A DNA stretch of 63,610 nucleotides, the filler included, from Piptocephalis cylindrospora (lineage: Eukaryota), in NCBI GenBank assembly GCA_003614145.1. It is 3 parts of 3 records of this genome, joined end to end, with 100 filler letters (N's around TTAATTAATTAA, not from the genome) between each part and the next. Parts side by side here need not be neighbours in the genome. Positions count along the whole stretch, not along the records: positions 1 to 21,188 come from KZ987808.1; 2 more parts are not named here. One strand, 5' to 3'. Shown piece after piece: positions 1-12,952 of this stretch. A model generated the notes under the pieces. The model did no database searches and had not been told where the DNA came from. It saw only the letters and a program-made list of their open reading frames with translations. The translations under genes were made by a program, and so were the position numbers. Positions within the stretch are counted from its first letter, which is position 1. Each line of letters opens with the position of its first letter.

Positions 1-25
1 GTGCTCCTGGTACCACACATGCCAG

Positions 26-100
26 CTATATTAGCAGACACTGTGTTCGGATGCCCATCTGCCTACCCCACTGGGGAAAATAAAACGGTTCTATCATCAT
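26..100 (-). CDS. Candidate 24-aa CAAX-terminated peptide MMIEPFYFPQWGRQMGIRTQCLLI
   Basis: Hand translation from ATG at 100 to TAG at 26. It ends in CLLI-stop. No expression evidence. Confidence 0.2.
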   Translation of the reverse strand: MMIEPFYFPQWGRQMGIRTQCLLI

Positions 101-135
101 ACTACTACTACTACTACTACTACTGCTACTACTAC
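100..135. repeat. (TAC)n microsatellite
   Basis: About 12 TAC units with one TGC variant. Confidence 0.9.
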
Positions 136-987
136 ATTCATCATCCGATCGATCGAGACGATCCTGAATCTCTGTAAATGTCCGAGGTCATATTATCTTG
201 GACCAAGGTTACGGCCATTCTAGAAGAATAGTGACACATTGGATACCAACATTTGGCTCTCACCGTGTGCGATGATGATAAGGCTGGCTTATATTTCCCT
301 CAATGGGGGCAGGAAAGAGGGCTCAAGCACACGAGCCGCTTTTCATTACTTTTCATGATGATGATGATGAAACGCTTGTATTTCCCCGACGGGGTAGGCA
401 TGGAGGGCATCCATCATTACTCATTGTTAAATCGTTTTATTTTTCTCCAGCGGGATAGGCGCCCAAGGCATCCGAACACAGTGTCTGCTAATATAGCTGG
501 CATGTGTGGTACCAGGAGCACTATAGTAGTAGTAGTAAACCCATTATATTATCCCATGTAAGGTAGGCTGATGGATCTTCAAACGCAATATCCACCCTTA
601 AGCCGACCTGTGTGGTATCAGGGACTAAGTCCCCGGTGTAGTGTGTTGAAGCTCTTATTTCAGCATATAGGTTTTCAATCAGGATTGATTTACTATTGCA
701 CTGTTTTTGGCGGTTGTTGTATTACTCAAGGTAGGACACTCAAACTTGCCAGCCTTCATGTTCATTAAAGATCTATATGCTTTAACTTACTCTTATCATG
801 AAATCGAGTCTTAGACCATGGCAACCATTATAGTCACACTGTTTGATCTCCTTCAATCAAAGACGAAGAGACATTCTACCCTCACAATACCATCAACCAT
901 AGAACAAAGCATACACTACGAAAATTCTATTCCATATAAGCGTTTTTTTTGAAACGTGATACGGAAAGTTTCAGCCCGTCCTCGCCT

Positions 988-2689
988 TTAGTTTGAAGAA
1001 GGCTCGCCTAACCATCGAATAAAGTCCTCGATGATGGATCGACGGATGGTGCTCAAATCTGGGGAATCATTGAGCTGGGCGAAGCCAAGGTCCTTGCAGT
1101 GGCTGCCTCCGGGGATGACATACCGAGGAGTGAGAGATTGGTCGGCGGTGGGAAAGATGCTATCAGGGGCGCTGACGCTCAGCCTTCGCCATGGATCCAA
1201 CTCGCCATTGACGTAGAGTAGCCGATTAATAACTCCCGTTTGACCCAAGTGCTTAAGGTTCAACGTATCAACTTGGCCCTTGTTAGGTCCGCCCGGAAAG
1301 ACGTAAGGGCAGCTATCTAGGTCAGACTGAAGGGTAATAAGCCGGGACCGTAAAGGCGTGCGAGAGTCCCGGGGCGAGGTTTGCCAGTATCCAAACTCAT
1401 TGCAGATCTAGTTGATTATGGAAGGATCAGTTAGTGGGACAAGGGATCACGAGCTAGAGATCTCGGGTGTTACAGCTTGAACCTACCATCCAGTACCATC
1501 CACGACTAGCTGTGGGAGATGTGTCGACCGCAGTGTCAATATAATCCTTCGTGATGTTGACTTTGGAGGCCGCCAACCATTCTTTCTGGACAGTTCCCCA
1601 GGCATCCAAGATCCTATCAAGGGAGCTAGTATCGGCGGTCACAGTGTCACATAGGGACTTGAGCCATCGCTTCCCATGGAGCAAAGGGTCCCCATACTGA
1701 ACAATAAGGGAGGTAAGATCGGTTAAGGCACCAGCAAAGCTTACATCATCTTTCACTGCCTCGAGGCCAAAGCGAGCTTTGAGGGTCTCCTTGGCTTTTT
1801 GACTGGCTATCGTATTGCTCATAAGGATGGTGTCCATGTGTATAGTGGCATTACTTAGGGCAGAGGCGCACACTGAGGGGAGGCCATCGTGGACGGCCAT
1901 GTCATACTCGAAAAAGTCCAACTTGGCCTTGACGGGGGCTGATGAGGAGTATGCGGCAAATACCAAATCGGGGTATGTGAGTCTCATCCATGCTGCCAAA
2001 TTTCCGGCGTACGAGCCTCCAACAACAATCCATCGGCTCGATGGATTTATCTGAGCCTTAGAGGTTCCCTTGAAGGATTGGATAAATCTGGCCAGATCCT
2101 TCAAGGCCTGGTCGGTCGTGAGATACTGCATGTTTTTCGTGGTAAACTCGGAAAAAGGGAGTGATTGACCAAAATAGCGATGTTCAAGAGCCACCAGTAG
2201 GCCCCCAGTCGCTTGGGCCAAATCAGCCACTTGACCCTCAATGGCCCAGTAGTTCAGCTCATCCTCTCCATTGATGTAAACTATGGGGAGGAAATGAATG
2301 AGTAGGCATGAGGAATGGTGGCGGAGGGTCGATGGGCTTACGGATGATTGGCCCTCCTTGACGGTAATAGTACTCATTGGTAATGTACCTTTGAGAAAAG
2401 GTACCAAGGGATCGCTGGCCATGATCAATTAACTGACTAAATTCCTGGTACTGGCTCTTGGCTACAAATGCAGGATGAGCCTTAGAGAATAACTCCCGGT
2501 ATTCCCTGACCCTAATGATGAAGGATAGGATGGGTGAGGGGTTGAACATGAGTAGATGTAGCTCCCTTCTTACCCTTCATTGTAGAGCTCTTTAACACGA
2601 TAGGATGTAAATGCCGCGTGGGAAACGAGGGAAAGCAGGTGCAGGTTGAGCACTCCAATGATCAATGCGGCAAGATGATGACGGACCAT
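988..2689 (-). CDS. Secreted serine carboxypeptidase, family S28 (prolylcarboxypeptidase-like), multi-exon
   Basis: Signal-like N-terminus MVRHHLAALIIGVLNLHLLSLVSHA. Motifs LEHRYFGQS, QALKDLA, GGSYAG (nucleophile Ser), NGELDPW and GGSHCKDL. GT-AG introns. Confidence 0.9.
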
Positions 2690-3463
2690 TTCTTTGGGGA
2701 GGGGGAAGGGGAAGAGTGGCAGATGGGTCAAGACTATGATATGGGATATGGATGGGGATGGGGTGTGATGACTTTAATGGGCTCAACAAGGAATTGACGG
2801 CGGTTATTGAATTGCATTTATACTGGATGCATTGGTCTATGAACACGCTATGCAAAATGAGCATTTATATACAATACATTTCCCCTGTATTTCTTTCTCT
2901 CTCCCCTGATCCTCCCTCCATTTTCCCTTTTCGGTGTTTAAACAAGGAGTGAATTCCTAAAAAGGCCCTGGGGCTCCCGAACCCCCTATTATTCGTACCC
3001 TGGATAGTGCACTGTTTTCTTGACCCTTCCCCTTTCTTTTCTATGATCCCATGCATATACTCTTTTAAATCTAGTTTCTTATAAATTTTCCGTTTCACGC
3101 CAATCCCACTCCAAGGGGACTCTGAGATCGACGGCAGAAAGCGATACCAAGGTCAAGCCCTAGGGGTATAATCAATCATAGTGGCCATGAAATGCATAAG
3201 ATCCATCAAATATTAGAAATGGACTCCATCCGCCTTACCCATCTAGGCAAGGACGGACACAATGCTACATCCAAAAAATGGAACGCGCAGTGTTGTGAGC
3301 CTTTTAAGAGATCGGAGTCGATGTCCCACCCATCTATCCTGGTCATATGCCCTACCCTCACCATCCTTTCTTTTCCACTTATCTCGTGCATACAGCCTAG
3401 TCTGCATCTCTCCCTCTAAATCCGTCCCAACAAGACTCTTTTTCTCTTTCTTTTCTCGTTGAC

Positions 3464-4678
3464 ATGTCCCCACCATCGAACACTGTGTGGAGCATTGCTG
3501 GTCGCGGGCTCAAGCTGGACACAGCCGCGGATATGGAACCCCATCTGGCTGAGCTGGCCAAGTAAGTCATTCTTCCTCCTTAATATTCCGGCGTTTCAGT
3601 CCCTCATCCTTCCTTTATTAGGATTGAGGATCTTCGCGAGATCTGCCTTAGTGGGAATACAGTGGGGGTTGAGGCTGCTCAGGCCTTGGGCGAAGCCCTA
3701 AAGACCCACACGAACCTAGAGACTCTTAGCCTAAGTGACATTTTCACCGGCCGCCTCCTCAAGGAAATCCCTCCGTCCCTGACGGCCATTTGCGATGCCA
3801 TCATGGACCATCCAAATGTCCAAACCCTTGATCTCTCCGATAATGCCTTTGGACCGGCTGGGGCTGAGCCCATTGTGCCTTTCCTATCACACCGTCGATC
3901 CCTCCGGGTCATCCGCTTGAACAACAATGGACTTGGGATTCGTGGGGGGAAATTCATTGCCCAAGCTCTTACTGCGGCTGCTGAGGCCAACAAGGCTGCC
4001 GGGGAGCACTCGCAGCTCCGTGTGTTCATCGCTGGCCGGAACCGTCTCGAAGATGGATCCTCTCAGGAACTTGCTTCGGCCTTCGCAGCTCATGGCCTTC
4101 TTGAAGAAGTGCGCATGCCTCAGAACGGCATCCGACCTGATGGGATCGCCCACCTCTCCCAGGGCCTCAGCCAATGCTCCAAGCTTCGAATTCTCGAACT
4201 TCAGGACAACACTTTTACTGACAAGGGCAGTTATGCTCTCGCCAAGGCCCTGCCCTCCTGGCCCCTCCTTGAGACCCTGCATATTGGTGACTGTATGCTC
4301 GGTCGGAACGGGAGTGAGGCCATTATCCGTGCCCTAGATGAATCCCCTCCCAAGTCTCTTCATCACCTCAATCTGGTGTACGATGAGCTAGAAGAGCATG
4401 CAGCTCATATGCTTGCTCGAGTCGTGGAGAGGTCCCGAGAGCTTGAGCTAGTGGAATTAAATGGAAACTGCTTTGCCGAGGATAGCCCTGGGGCCGATGC
4501 CATCCGGGAGGCCCTTGTCAAGATTGACAGGACTAACGCTCTCGGCAGTCTCTCGGACATGGAGGAATTGTCCGAGGATGAGGATGAGGAAAGCGAGGAT
4601 GAGGATGAGGTGAAGCAGGATGATGAGGATGAGGTGGCTGATCTAGCTGATCGACTGAAATCCCAAGCCCAGGTGTAA
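3464..4678 (+). CDS. RNA1: Ran GTPase-activating protein (LRR protein with acidic tail)
   Basis: Exon 1 MSPPSNTVWSIAGRGLKLDT, intron about 3562-3620. Motifs DIFTGR, LSDNAFG, GRNRLE, MPQNGI and LQDNTFT, plus an acidic C-terminus. Confidence 0.95.
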
Positions 4679-4843
4679 GAGGGTTGGATTCGAGTGAAAG
4701 ATGAATGAATATTAAGGAGAGAAAAAAAAAAGACAAAGTGCTATTTTTACCATCTTTTTGACATGGACAATGAGGAAACGGGCTCATCTTTATCCCATCC
4801 TCAATCCATCACCATCCAGTGCTTGAAGCCAAGTCAACTAAGA

Positions 4844-6259
4844 TCAAAACCATGGCTCCTCCCGAACCTTCTTCATGTCAAGCCCTTGCTTTTTAACCTG
4901 ATCAAGGTAGGCATCCTTCTCTTGGTAGAGACGGTAAACCCACTGGGTTAGAGCCTCATCATCGGTGGGTAGGTCCTTGAGGGGGAAGCGCCTGACATGG
5001 ACGTGAAAGTTGTACTCGGTGTTCAGGGGATTGGTGTGAACACGGACCAAGGAAGGGGAAAATCCCACGCCGTGTTCCTGATGGGTATAGACAATGGTCA
5101 AGTCATATAGATGCTGAATTTGAGTGTCTCGTAGTTGACGAATGCATTCGCAGAACCCCTTGGTCCTTGGGAGCAAGAGATGATCCAGGATGGGCAGTCC
5201 ACGATTCTTTGCAAATTCTTTACTCTAAGAAATGATTGAAGAGTGAGGATGAGAGGAGGAAGGATAAATGCACACGTGCAAGAAGAGAGGGAGAAAGATG
5301 GGATACTTCAATCAACTTTTTCGAGGTAACACGGGTTCCTTCAAGGTAAGAAATGAGCCAAATTGGCGAAGCGTCCTCCCGTAGTCGTTGGAACATCTGA
5401 TGGATGTTCCTCTGGTCGTGGATCCAATTCCTCTTGATGAACATCATCCCCATGAGCTTTTTAGGATAGAGATAGGTAAATGAATAGATGGATCAGCTTT
5501 CATCATTCCAGTCTAGACTTACCCACATGCCCCATCCAAAAAAAGGAATCTACATTATACAAGTCATGGAGAAATTAGTAGTTGCATGTCTATGACCCTA
5601 TCCTGCACACCAATCCTTACTAATTCTTACATATTTCAAGGAGTCTTTGGCAAAGTACTTGCAGTAGGAAAGGATGCGGCGACGAAGGGCCAAGGAATGA
5701 ATGAGGTAAAAGTCTACAAAAGACTGATGATTCGCAATGACCATGGCACTTTCCTTGACTGGAAGGACATCGCCCGAATAAGTAATTCGAGCTCTATGTC
5801 GCTTCTGAAGATGTTATGGAAGACAGGTAATTGAGACGGAGACCATGAAGGGGGCTGGAGTGGAATAATGGGCGACTTACCTCGAATATATACTATAGAG
5901 TGTCCGGTCAGAGTAGATGCTGCAATGAGCGCCTTATGCCCTCCCCAGCCCCTCCCCTTCGCCCTCTACCCTTACCTGCATCACCCACCAAATGCCACCG
6001 GCGACCCGTGAATTCAGGTCATACATGAGTCGACGGGAAAAAGGATAGATGAAGATGGTGGGGAATTGCGCCACATTGCAGAGAAAGGCCAAGCTAGGCA
6101 CATGGTCGGGCGCAAGGAACAGTAGGTGAGGAACCAACTAGCGAGTATGCCATCTTTCACCCAATCTTACCCAAAAAGGGATGTACCGTACACAATGGCA
6201 CGAAGTCCCTGGATAGTAAGGTCGGCCGACGAGACAAGCTTGGAAAGGATACCGGGCAT
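4844..6259 (-). CDS. Lysophospholipid/lysocardiolipin acyltransferase (PlsC family with Acyltransf_C domain), multi-exon
   Basis: Spliced translation gives NHQSFVD (HxxxxD), FIKRNW, YLEGTR, LLPRTKG, YDLTIVY and HVHVRRF. Includes a 12-nt exon at 5881-5892. Confidence 0.9.
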
Positions 6260-6672
6260 GCTACGCACACTACTACTACTACTACTCAAAAAAGAAGTGT
6301 ATCTTGAGGAAGGAAAGGAGGCGAGATTGGAAGGATCCACACCTTGGAGAAAGAGGAAATGAGCAAGGTGTACCGGACTCGGACAGTCCACATCCCGATC
6401 AACAATTGATGATTGGGCCAAGAGTAAATAATTGAGTTGCCAATCGAGTTTGATCTCCGGATAATGATTGTTTGACATAAATGACAACAATACGTGTTTC
6501 CATAAGTTTCTGTATCGTGTTGCTAGAAATAACCTCAAGGTGATTCGTGTCTAGCTTATCAGATATATACGAGAAGGATAAACAAGAGGCCAGGCGAGGA
6601 TAGAGTGGCATGCTTTCTTTATCTAGTATTTTTTAGCTTACCCCACTCCCTCCCATCCCGTAAGAACTCTCT

Positions 6673-7659
6673 CTAGATGGGTAAATTGAAGCGAGAGGCA
6701 GATTTACCACGGTACCGGACCCATTGGACAACCAGGACAGCATCAGCGGAGAGCTGGAAGAAACCGCAGATGGTGAACTGGAGAGGGGCAGTCGTGTAGA
6801 CGTAGTAGTAGCACTTGAATAGATCTCCTAAGGCCCATGCCGCCATAACGGCCAAACTAAGAGGAAGTGGGATGAGGTGAGCAGATGATTTCATGTACGA
6901 CATCCTGATCAGAGCAAAACTCACCTGAATCCCTCGGTCGAACCCCGTTCGTGGTTCTTCCGGATTTGAGGAAGGGGCAGGGTGGCCTCAATAGCAAGAG
7001 AAAGGACACCGATGAGGCTTACGTAGAAGGATGACCAGGAAAAAAGGACATGGAGAATAGTGAAGACAAGGGTGAACCCCAGAAGAAAGTGAATGTAGTG
7101 GTACAGAGAAGGCCATTGCCAAAATCGTTGCATCATTGGGATAGCTCCCGAGGAAAGCCCGGGTTCTGGAAAAGATTCGGCTGTTCGATACTGAATACAC
7201 AGGTTCAGGAGGAAGAGTTGGACCAGGATCATGAGGATAGATTGATAGAGCAAGGCATTATCAAAGTGTTGACCCAACCTACACGCATATGGATATATGC
7301 ATATTGATGTATATATAGATATATATATGAAGAGGAAAAGGAGAGAGGTAAATGATGACGTCATAGGGTGGGTGATTGAATGAAAAAGCAGCAAACTTAC
7401 CAGAAGAATATCCTCAGGATACTATCAAAAGTTCGCCATGATGATGGGGGTAGTAAGTGGTTTAATAAAACCGGCAGCATTCTCTTTTGGAGCCCTGACG
7501 TGCCTCCCAAGGCAAAGAAGCTTACCTAGACACCAAGAGGATACCACACACTGCCATGGAAAAGCCATTACTCGACCTGGAGGCACGCATCACACGCACC
7601 TGATCAATATACCCCAGGACGGGACCCACGGCAATGGCAACTTGTAGAGCTGTGTCCAT
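6673..7659 (-). CDS. PQ-loop membrane protein, PQLC1/SLC66A2 (yeast Any1)-like
   Basis: GPVLGYIDQ...GFSMAVC...ILRIFFW, LLYQSILM, RFWQW, EATLPLPQ and GDLFK motifs across spliced exons. Confidence 0.85.
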
Positions 7660-8295
7660 GAGCGTGGGGAGGTGAGGTGGAATGGAAGGGGGTGGAGGGG
7701 ATGAGTGGGTTGGGGGTTGACTTCAAGGAGAGTGCCAAGACGGAGGAATGGAAGAAAAGAAAGAGTAAAGAACAATGAGTATTCCGTTGAGCTGCACACA
7801 CATGATTCAAGCTGGACCGCTTTTAAAGCGCCAGCTGATATCCGTGCCCAGTCGTTCAGCTGATGGCTAGTCTCCGACACCTCGGTAAATCCTCTCCCAT
7901 TCGTGCCTAGGTCCTCCGCTTGCCCCTGAGCACTCATGCTACACTGGTGCCGGACTAACGAATTACTTTTGATAAGGAAAATGATGAAAGACCTTCATGG
8001 ATGACCACACCTCGTCTCTCTCTCCCCCTTGAACCTCATGATCAGGGGCGCGTGTGATGTGACGAGGAGGGACAGGAATGGTGACCATTCGAGACTATTA
8101 CCCATAATCATACGTATGTATCCTTCATGCCCTCCTCACCAGACCAGGACGATACAGTTCACTACTAGGATGCTTTTCTCTAGTCGTGTACACATACAAT
8201 AGATCCAAGCCCCGTGGATATGCGACATACGGAGAAAGTGAAATCATTTCTCTATTGCCTATCGTCCACGAGGATCCGAATGGCTCATTTGCCCC

Positions 8296-9088
8296 TCAAG
8301 CATCTTCCCCAATGACAATATTAGCTATGGCAGCTCGTCGTCTTCTCTCCTTGGGCACCCGCTGCTTCCCATACTTGTTTCTCAATTCATCCACCACTCC
8401 AGAAGGGAGGGGTGGGACATCCAGACTAGGCTTGTACGTGACCTCAGAAACCACTGAAGCTTTGGTATCTAAAATGGTTTCCTCAAAAGTGGCATTATGA
8501 TTAACCCTCGGTGGTCTAGGGATCACCTCGTTGGTACCTTGGACGACACGCATCGATCTTTCCTTCCCAGTCTCCTCGTCCAGTACCTTCCTAAAAGCCA
8601 CTTTGACGGGTTGTCTATTTGAAGGGGAAATGATGAGGATAGATAAGGTAGGATCCGTAGAGGTAAAGTTTAGTGATGCCAGGGCTCGAGAAGGAATAAA
8701 TGCGCCAACCAATCCTGTCACCATCTTACCTCGTTTTAGGATGGATCAAAGCAACACGGGAAACATGAAGGGGTGCTTCGTCTTGCACGCGTTTTCCAAT
8801 GGCCGTGGGATGGGACCTCCAAACCAAGTTCTGACCAGCAACCCGGATCTGGTTCTTCTCTCGATTAATTTCCCTAACCCGTCCAATCCCCCCAGAACTC
8901 TTTCCATCAAGAATCATAACCTAATAAAAAGGGAAGGAGGGAGTGAGCACTGTCTGACTCAGGTGCTTCTTCCTCAATGAAGGACTCACCTCGTCATCCT
9001 TGCTAATTTTCCAGCGAGGGATGGTCTTTTGAGTGTTAGGCTTTGGCTTCCTAAGCATCTTAAAGGCTGCAGATCGTAGGGTATTCAT
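8296..9088 (-). CDS. Mitochondrial ribosomal protein uL24m (KOW motif)
   Basis: RWKISKDDE|VMILDGK...GRVREINREKNQIRVAGQN...EAPLHVSRVALIHP, then KVAFR...RV...EVIPRP and LPSGVVDELRNKY. Confidence 0.85.
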
Positions 9089-9747
9089 GCTGGGCTGAGA
9101 TAGGGAGATAAGGTAAGATGGCTGGGTTAGTTTAAGGCCAATGGTTCTTTGACGAAAAAAAAGTCACCATCTTTCTCATACACTAGGCAAACCATCCAGG
9201 CCTAGTTACCAACAAATAACCTACCCTGTTGCTGCAATCGAGAAATAAATGGGATCGAGGAGGAGCACAATGATATGATTATCTAGGCAAGGAAAATCGC
9301 GGTTTCACTAATGAGGGAAGGACGACGTGGAGAAAAAGAAACGGGCTCGACACGGACAGACGGCTACCCGCGTGCGGAGGATGAGGGAATCTTGTGGAGC
9401 GGCCTTCCGGGTAAACGCGACGTTCAGGTAAGGAGCATATCTCGACTTTGGCGGCAAGCCACATCTTTTCTTGATTAAAATGAGCTAGAAATTGCACGAA
9501 TTATTCCGATTTGAACCCTATTTCCATCTGGTTGAATTCATTTTTGCTTTTTTAATGCGATAGCACACGGCTTTGTGGGCAAGCGCAAGACTAAGGTAAG
9601 GGATGAACTTTAGACAGGGACGGATCAGGCAGGGAGACGTACAAAGGAGGAAAGTCAGGGGGAAGGGCAACCTAGGGGTACATACTTTGTCTCGCTCCTA
9701 TTCTTTTCATCCAAAACACGCCTCATCCATCCTCCCTGGTTCCTATC

Positions 9748-10179
9748 ATGCTGCTACGATATGCAAGCAAAACGCAATCTAGCTTGACTATGATCGCTCG
9801 CCCGTCTGTTGGAGCCTTCATGACGCGTCTCTACTCCACGCCCGGTGAGCCTCTGTCTTTTTGGATGTGTATGTACACGTCCCACTCATCCTCATCCTTC
9901 TTCCTTGTAGCTGCACCCGGAAAGACTGTGGAGCCCATCCAAACCAAGGCCAAGCCTGTATCCTCCGTCTTGGAAGGCACTAGCCTAGAAGGGCTTAATG
10001 TCCACAAGGGGAAGAAGGATCCTGTGGCTCTGAGGGACGACGAATATCCCGATTGGCTCTGGGCTCTCTTGGAACCAACTCCCAAGGGCTTGAGCAAAAG
10101 AAAACACCATGCGGCCCTTCGTAGCGCTAACCGAGCTAGCATCAAATCTCTCAATTTCCTCAAGGATCGCAAGACTTAG
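9748..10179 (+). CDS. Mitochondrial ribosomal protein mL54 (yeast Mrpl37-like)
   Basis: SSVLEGTSLEGLNVHKGKKDPVALRDDEYPDWLWALL and RSANRASIKSLNF. Presequence-like N-terminus. Probable in-frame intron about 9845-9910. Confidence 0.9.
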   Translation: MLLRYASKTQSSLTMIARPSVGAFMTRLYSTPGEPLSFWMCMYTSHSSSSFFLVAAPGKTVEPIQTKAKPVSSVLEGTSLEGLNVHKGKKDPVALRDDEYPDWLWALLEPTPKGLSKRKHHAALRSANRASIKSLNFLKDRKT

Positions 10180-10816
10180 TGAAGTTATATGGCTTGGTGG
10201 ATAATTTGGGCGCTAGTGCTGGTGAGGGGGATTGCATGAATTGACATTAGAAGTGTCTGATGGTTTCATAGTGAATAATGCTGCTATGTCTTGAATTGGT
10301 GGATCAGGCCGCCTTGGGTCAGTATGAACATGTCGTTTGAATATTCTAGTCAGAGATGAATATTATCATTCCGCTCCATGTCCTAAGCCCACTCTACAGC
10401 ACTGAAAGGCCAATGATTGATTATACTACTATTCAAAGCGTATGAAAACATCTCCCATGCTCTCCCTAATGAAGTGCTCTACTCGCCGCCAATATAGACG
10501 CACAGCAAATCCCCTGCGGAGCTCCAGCTCTCCCCTGCAGTTACCCACCTGATACTCTGCAGAAACACAGCTGTCACGCAGTGTGAAGGTCAGAAGGCCA
10601 AGCACTCCCTCCTCCCAAGCATTCCCGCGGACTTTCATACTCAGATCATGGAGGCTGTGTTGATGGCACAAGACTCTTTGCTACTGTTACCGTCGCCTCC
10701 TCTTCTTCCTTCCACCATCGTTCATCCCAACAACTCCTGTCAGTCTCGCCTATCTTTCTCTCCTTCCCTCCCTTCCTCCCTCCCAAGGTAGCAATAATCG
10801 TCCTCCCCCCTTGATC

Positions 10817-12952
10817 ATGAGCTTGGAAACGGACAGTGTTCTGCAATGGGACACTCAGAAAGTCTTTGACTGGATCAACTCGTGTGGATTTGGTCCGTAC
10901 GCCCCATACTTTGTGGACCAACGGGTTACCGGTGACGTCCTGGTTCATTTGGCTTATGACACCCTCCAGGACCTGCACGTTGAGTCCGTTGGTCATCGGA
11001 TTAGTCTCCTTAAGGCCATCTACGATCTCAAATGCGCCCACCATGTCGAAGTCGATAGCGAGGAATTTCATCCATACGACGTAAACCTTTCGGCCCCGGA
11101 ACGTCGCCGGTACTCGCCTGAGGAGCAAGAGCAGGTAATCTCCAATCTGGTCAACGAAGTGGCCCGGCTTAACGGGGAGATCACCAAGCTACGTTCTACG
11201 ATCGATCCCATCATCAGTGCCTATCACAGGGACAAGGACAGAGTCCACTCTTCCCCCAGTACACCAACATACGCTCCCTCCCCCCTTCCTCCCCCCACAC
11301 CCCATCCACAGGATAAGTTTAGCCATCCATCTACTTCTTCCTCTTCCTCCTCCACCATCACCTCTACCTCCACCTCGACAACAGGACCCTCTGGTGGACC
11401 AGGAAAGGGTGTGGGGAAAACCCAACGACGACCCTCACAGATCATCACTCAATATCTCAAGGGTAGTGGGGGTGTAAGCTTAACTCCCTCAGCCACCTCC
11501 ACCCTGGGCGGGAGTGGGATTAACTCGGCCTCCTCTTCAACCGCTGGGCATCTTCCCAGCTCCGGAAATGCACATCATCTCGCTTCCTCGATCCGTGGAT
11601 CAGGCGCACGATCTCCATGGAAGATGCGGGCCTCCCCTCACCCGCATTCCCCCTCATTGGATGGGAGATCTCCTAATTCTTCCGCCCCAAGCTCTCCCAG
11701 CCATCCAAACGATTCCATGGGAACTGATCGACCCCTTCCCTCTAAGCCCTTAGCCATCTCCTCCTCTACTGGGATCACACCATCTCTCATGGGTACCCCT
11801 ACAGGTCAAGGAACCCCAATCCCTTCTTCCTCCTCCACCCCTTCGTCCAAGTCTTCCAAGTCCTCCAGAGATAATGATGTTCGTCGTAGCATTGTGGCTG
11901 TCAATGCCTTTTCCGTAAGTGATGTCTTCTTTCAGTCGCCCTCCACGACCTACCTCACCCCTTATGTATCCATGGGATAGGGAGCTCAAACACAAGAAAT
12001 CACTGGAGGTGGCGGTGGATTCCGTAGCCCCACGTTTCCCGCCTCTACTACCTCAGGTCCCATCCGTGTTTATGGAGATCGATTGCCTAATCGGGAAAAT
12101 GAGAGCTTCAAGACCTTCCGCATTACTGGAGAGGACCCATGCTGGAGGGTGCTAGAGTTAGCACTGCGCAAGTATGATATTCACGATCCCTGGAAGAACT
12201 ACTCTCTCCTTATCATCCATGGAGTTCGGGAAAGGTACATGGACTACTCAGAAAGACCTCTTAGTTTTTTCCAGAGGTTACAGTCTGCCGGGGAGAACCC
12301 CATCTTTATGATGCGACATAACAAGTTCATGAAGACTCGAAATCTTCCCCAATTCCAAATTCAACAACCCATGTCTCCTTCCCTCTCCTCCCCCTCTCCT
12401 TCCTGCTCCTCCGTCTCCACTCCAAAATTGGCATCTCCTATCCCTCAGCCCTTACCACTTTCTAGCCTTACCTCCACCCCACTTCCCTCGATACCCAAGG
12501 GATTGGCTGGATCTGGAGCTCATCCCCAGGCCCCTTCCTCCTCTTCCCCTTCCCCCTCATCAGGACCTCGATCTGTCTCTCCCTCTCCTTCTCCTGTCCC
12601 GTCCGGTCATACCACCTCTCACTCCATCCCGACTCGGACCTCTAGCATGTATATTGCTGGTGGTCGACATTCACCCATCCCTCTTTCTACCACTCCTCCT
12701 TCTCGCACCTCTTCACCTTCGCATGTCTTCTCTACATCCGCTTCCTCAGTCTCCCCTAGCCCCCTTTCTCGGGGCCTTAGTCGAGATAGCCCTGGAGGAG
12801 GGAGTGTACGAATGACTGAAAGGCCGAGGAACAGGTCTAGATCCAAGTCTCCAAGACCTCCCTCCCGAATGCACACTCCCTCAGCATCTGCGGATACGTC
12901 CTCGGGTAGCCTACTTGCTGGAGATCTATGGGAGTCTATCCAAAGATTGTAA
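10817..12952 (+). CDS. STE50: Ste50-like MAPK adaptor (SAM, coiled coil, Ras-association domain)
   Basis: N-terminal SAM (WDTQKVFDWI...VTGDVLVHL...SVGHRISLLKAI) and RA domain (FKTFRITGEDPCWRVLELALRKY...ERPL...NPIFMMR). Intron about 11915-11980 joins the two ORFs. Confidence 0.85.

Larger units (their letters stand above)
1..521. repeat. Inverted repeat: 1-55 is the exact reverse complement of 467-521, with four diverged copies of an internal ~40-bp motif
   Basis: Direct comparison of the two arms. The motif TATTT(T)CCCC-NNN-GGGGTAGGC...GGCATCC occurs at about 49-88 (-), 285-325 (+), 371-412 (+) and 430-473 (+). Confidence 0.9.

Noticed and set aside
271..473. CRISPR-like array or C/D snoRNA cluster
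   Set aside because: The units are too divergent and irregular, the context is eukaryotic with no cas genes, and there are no matching CTGA D boxes.
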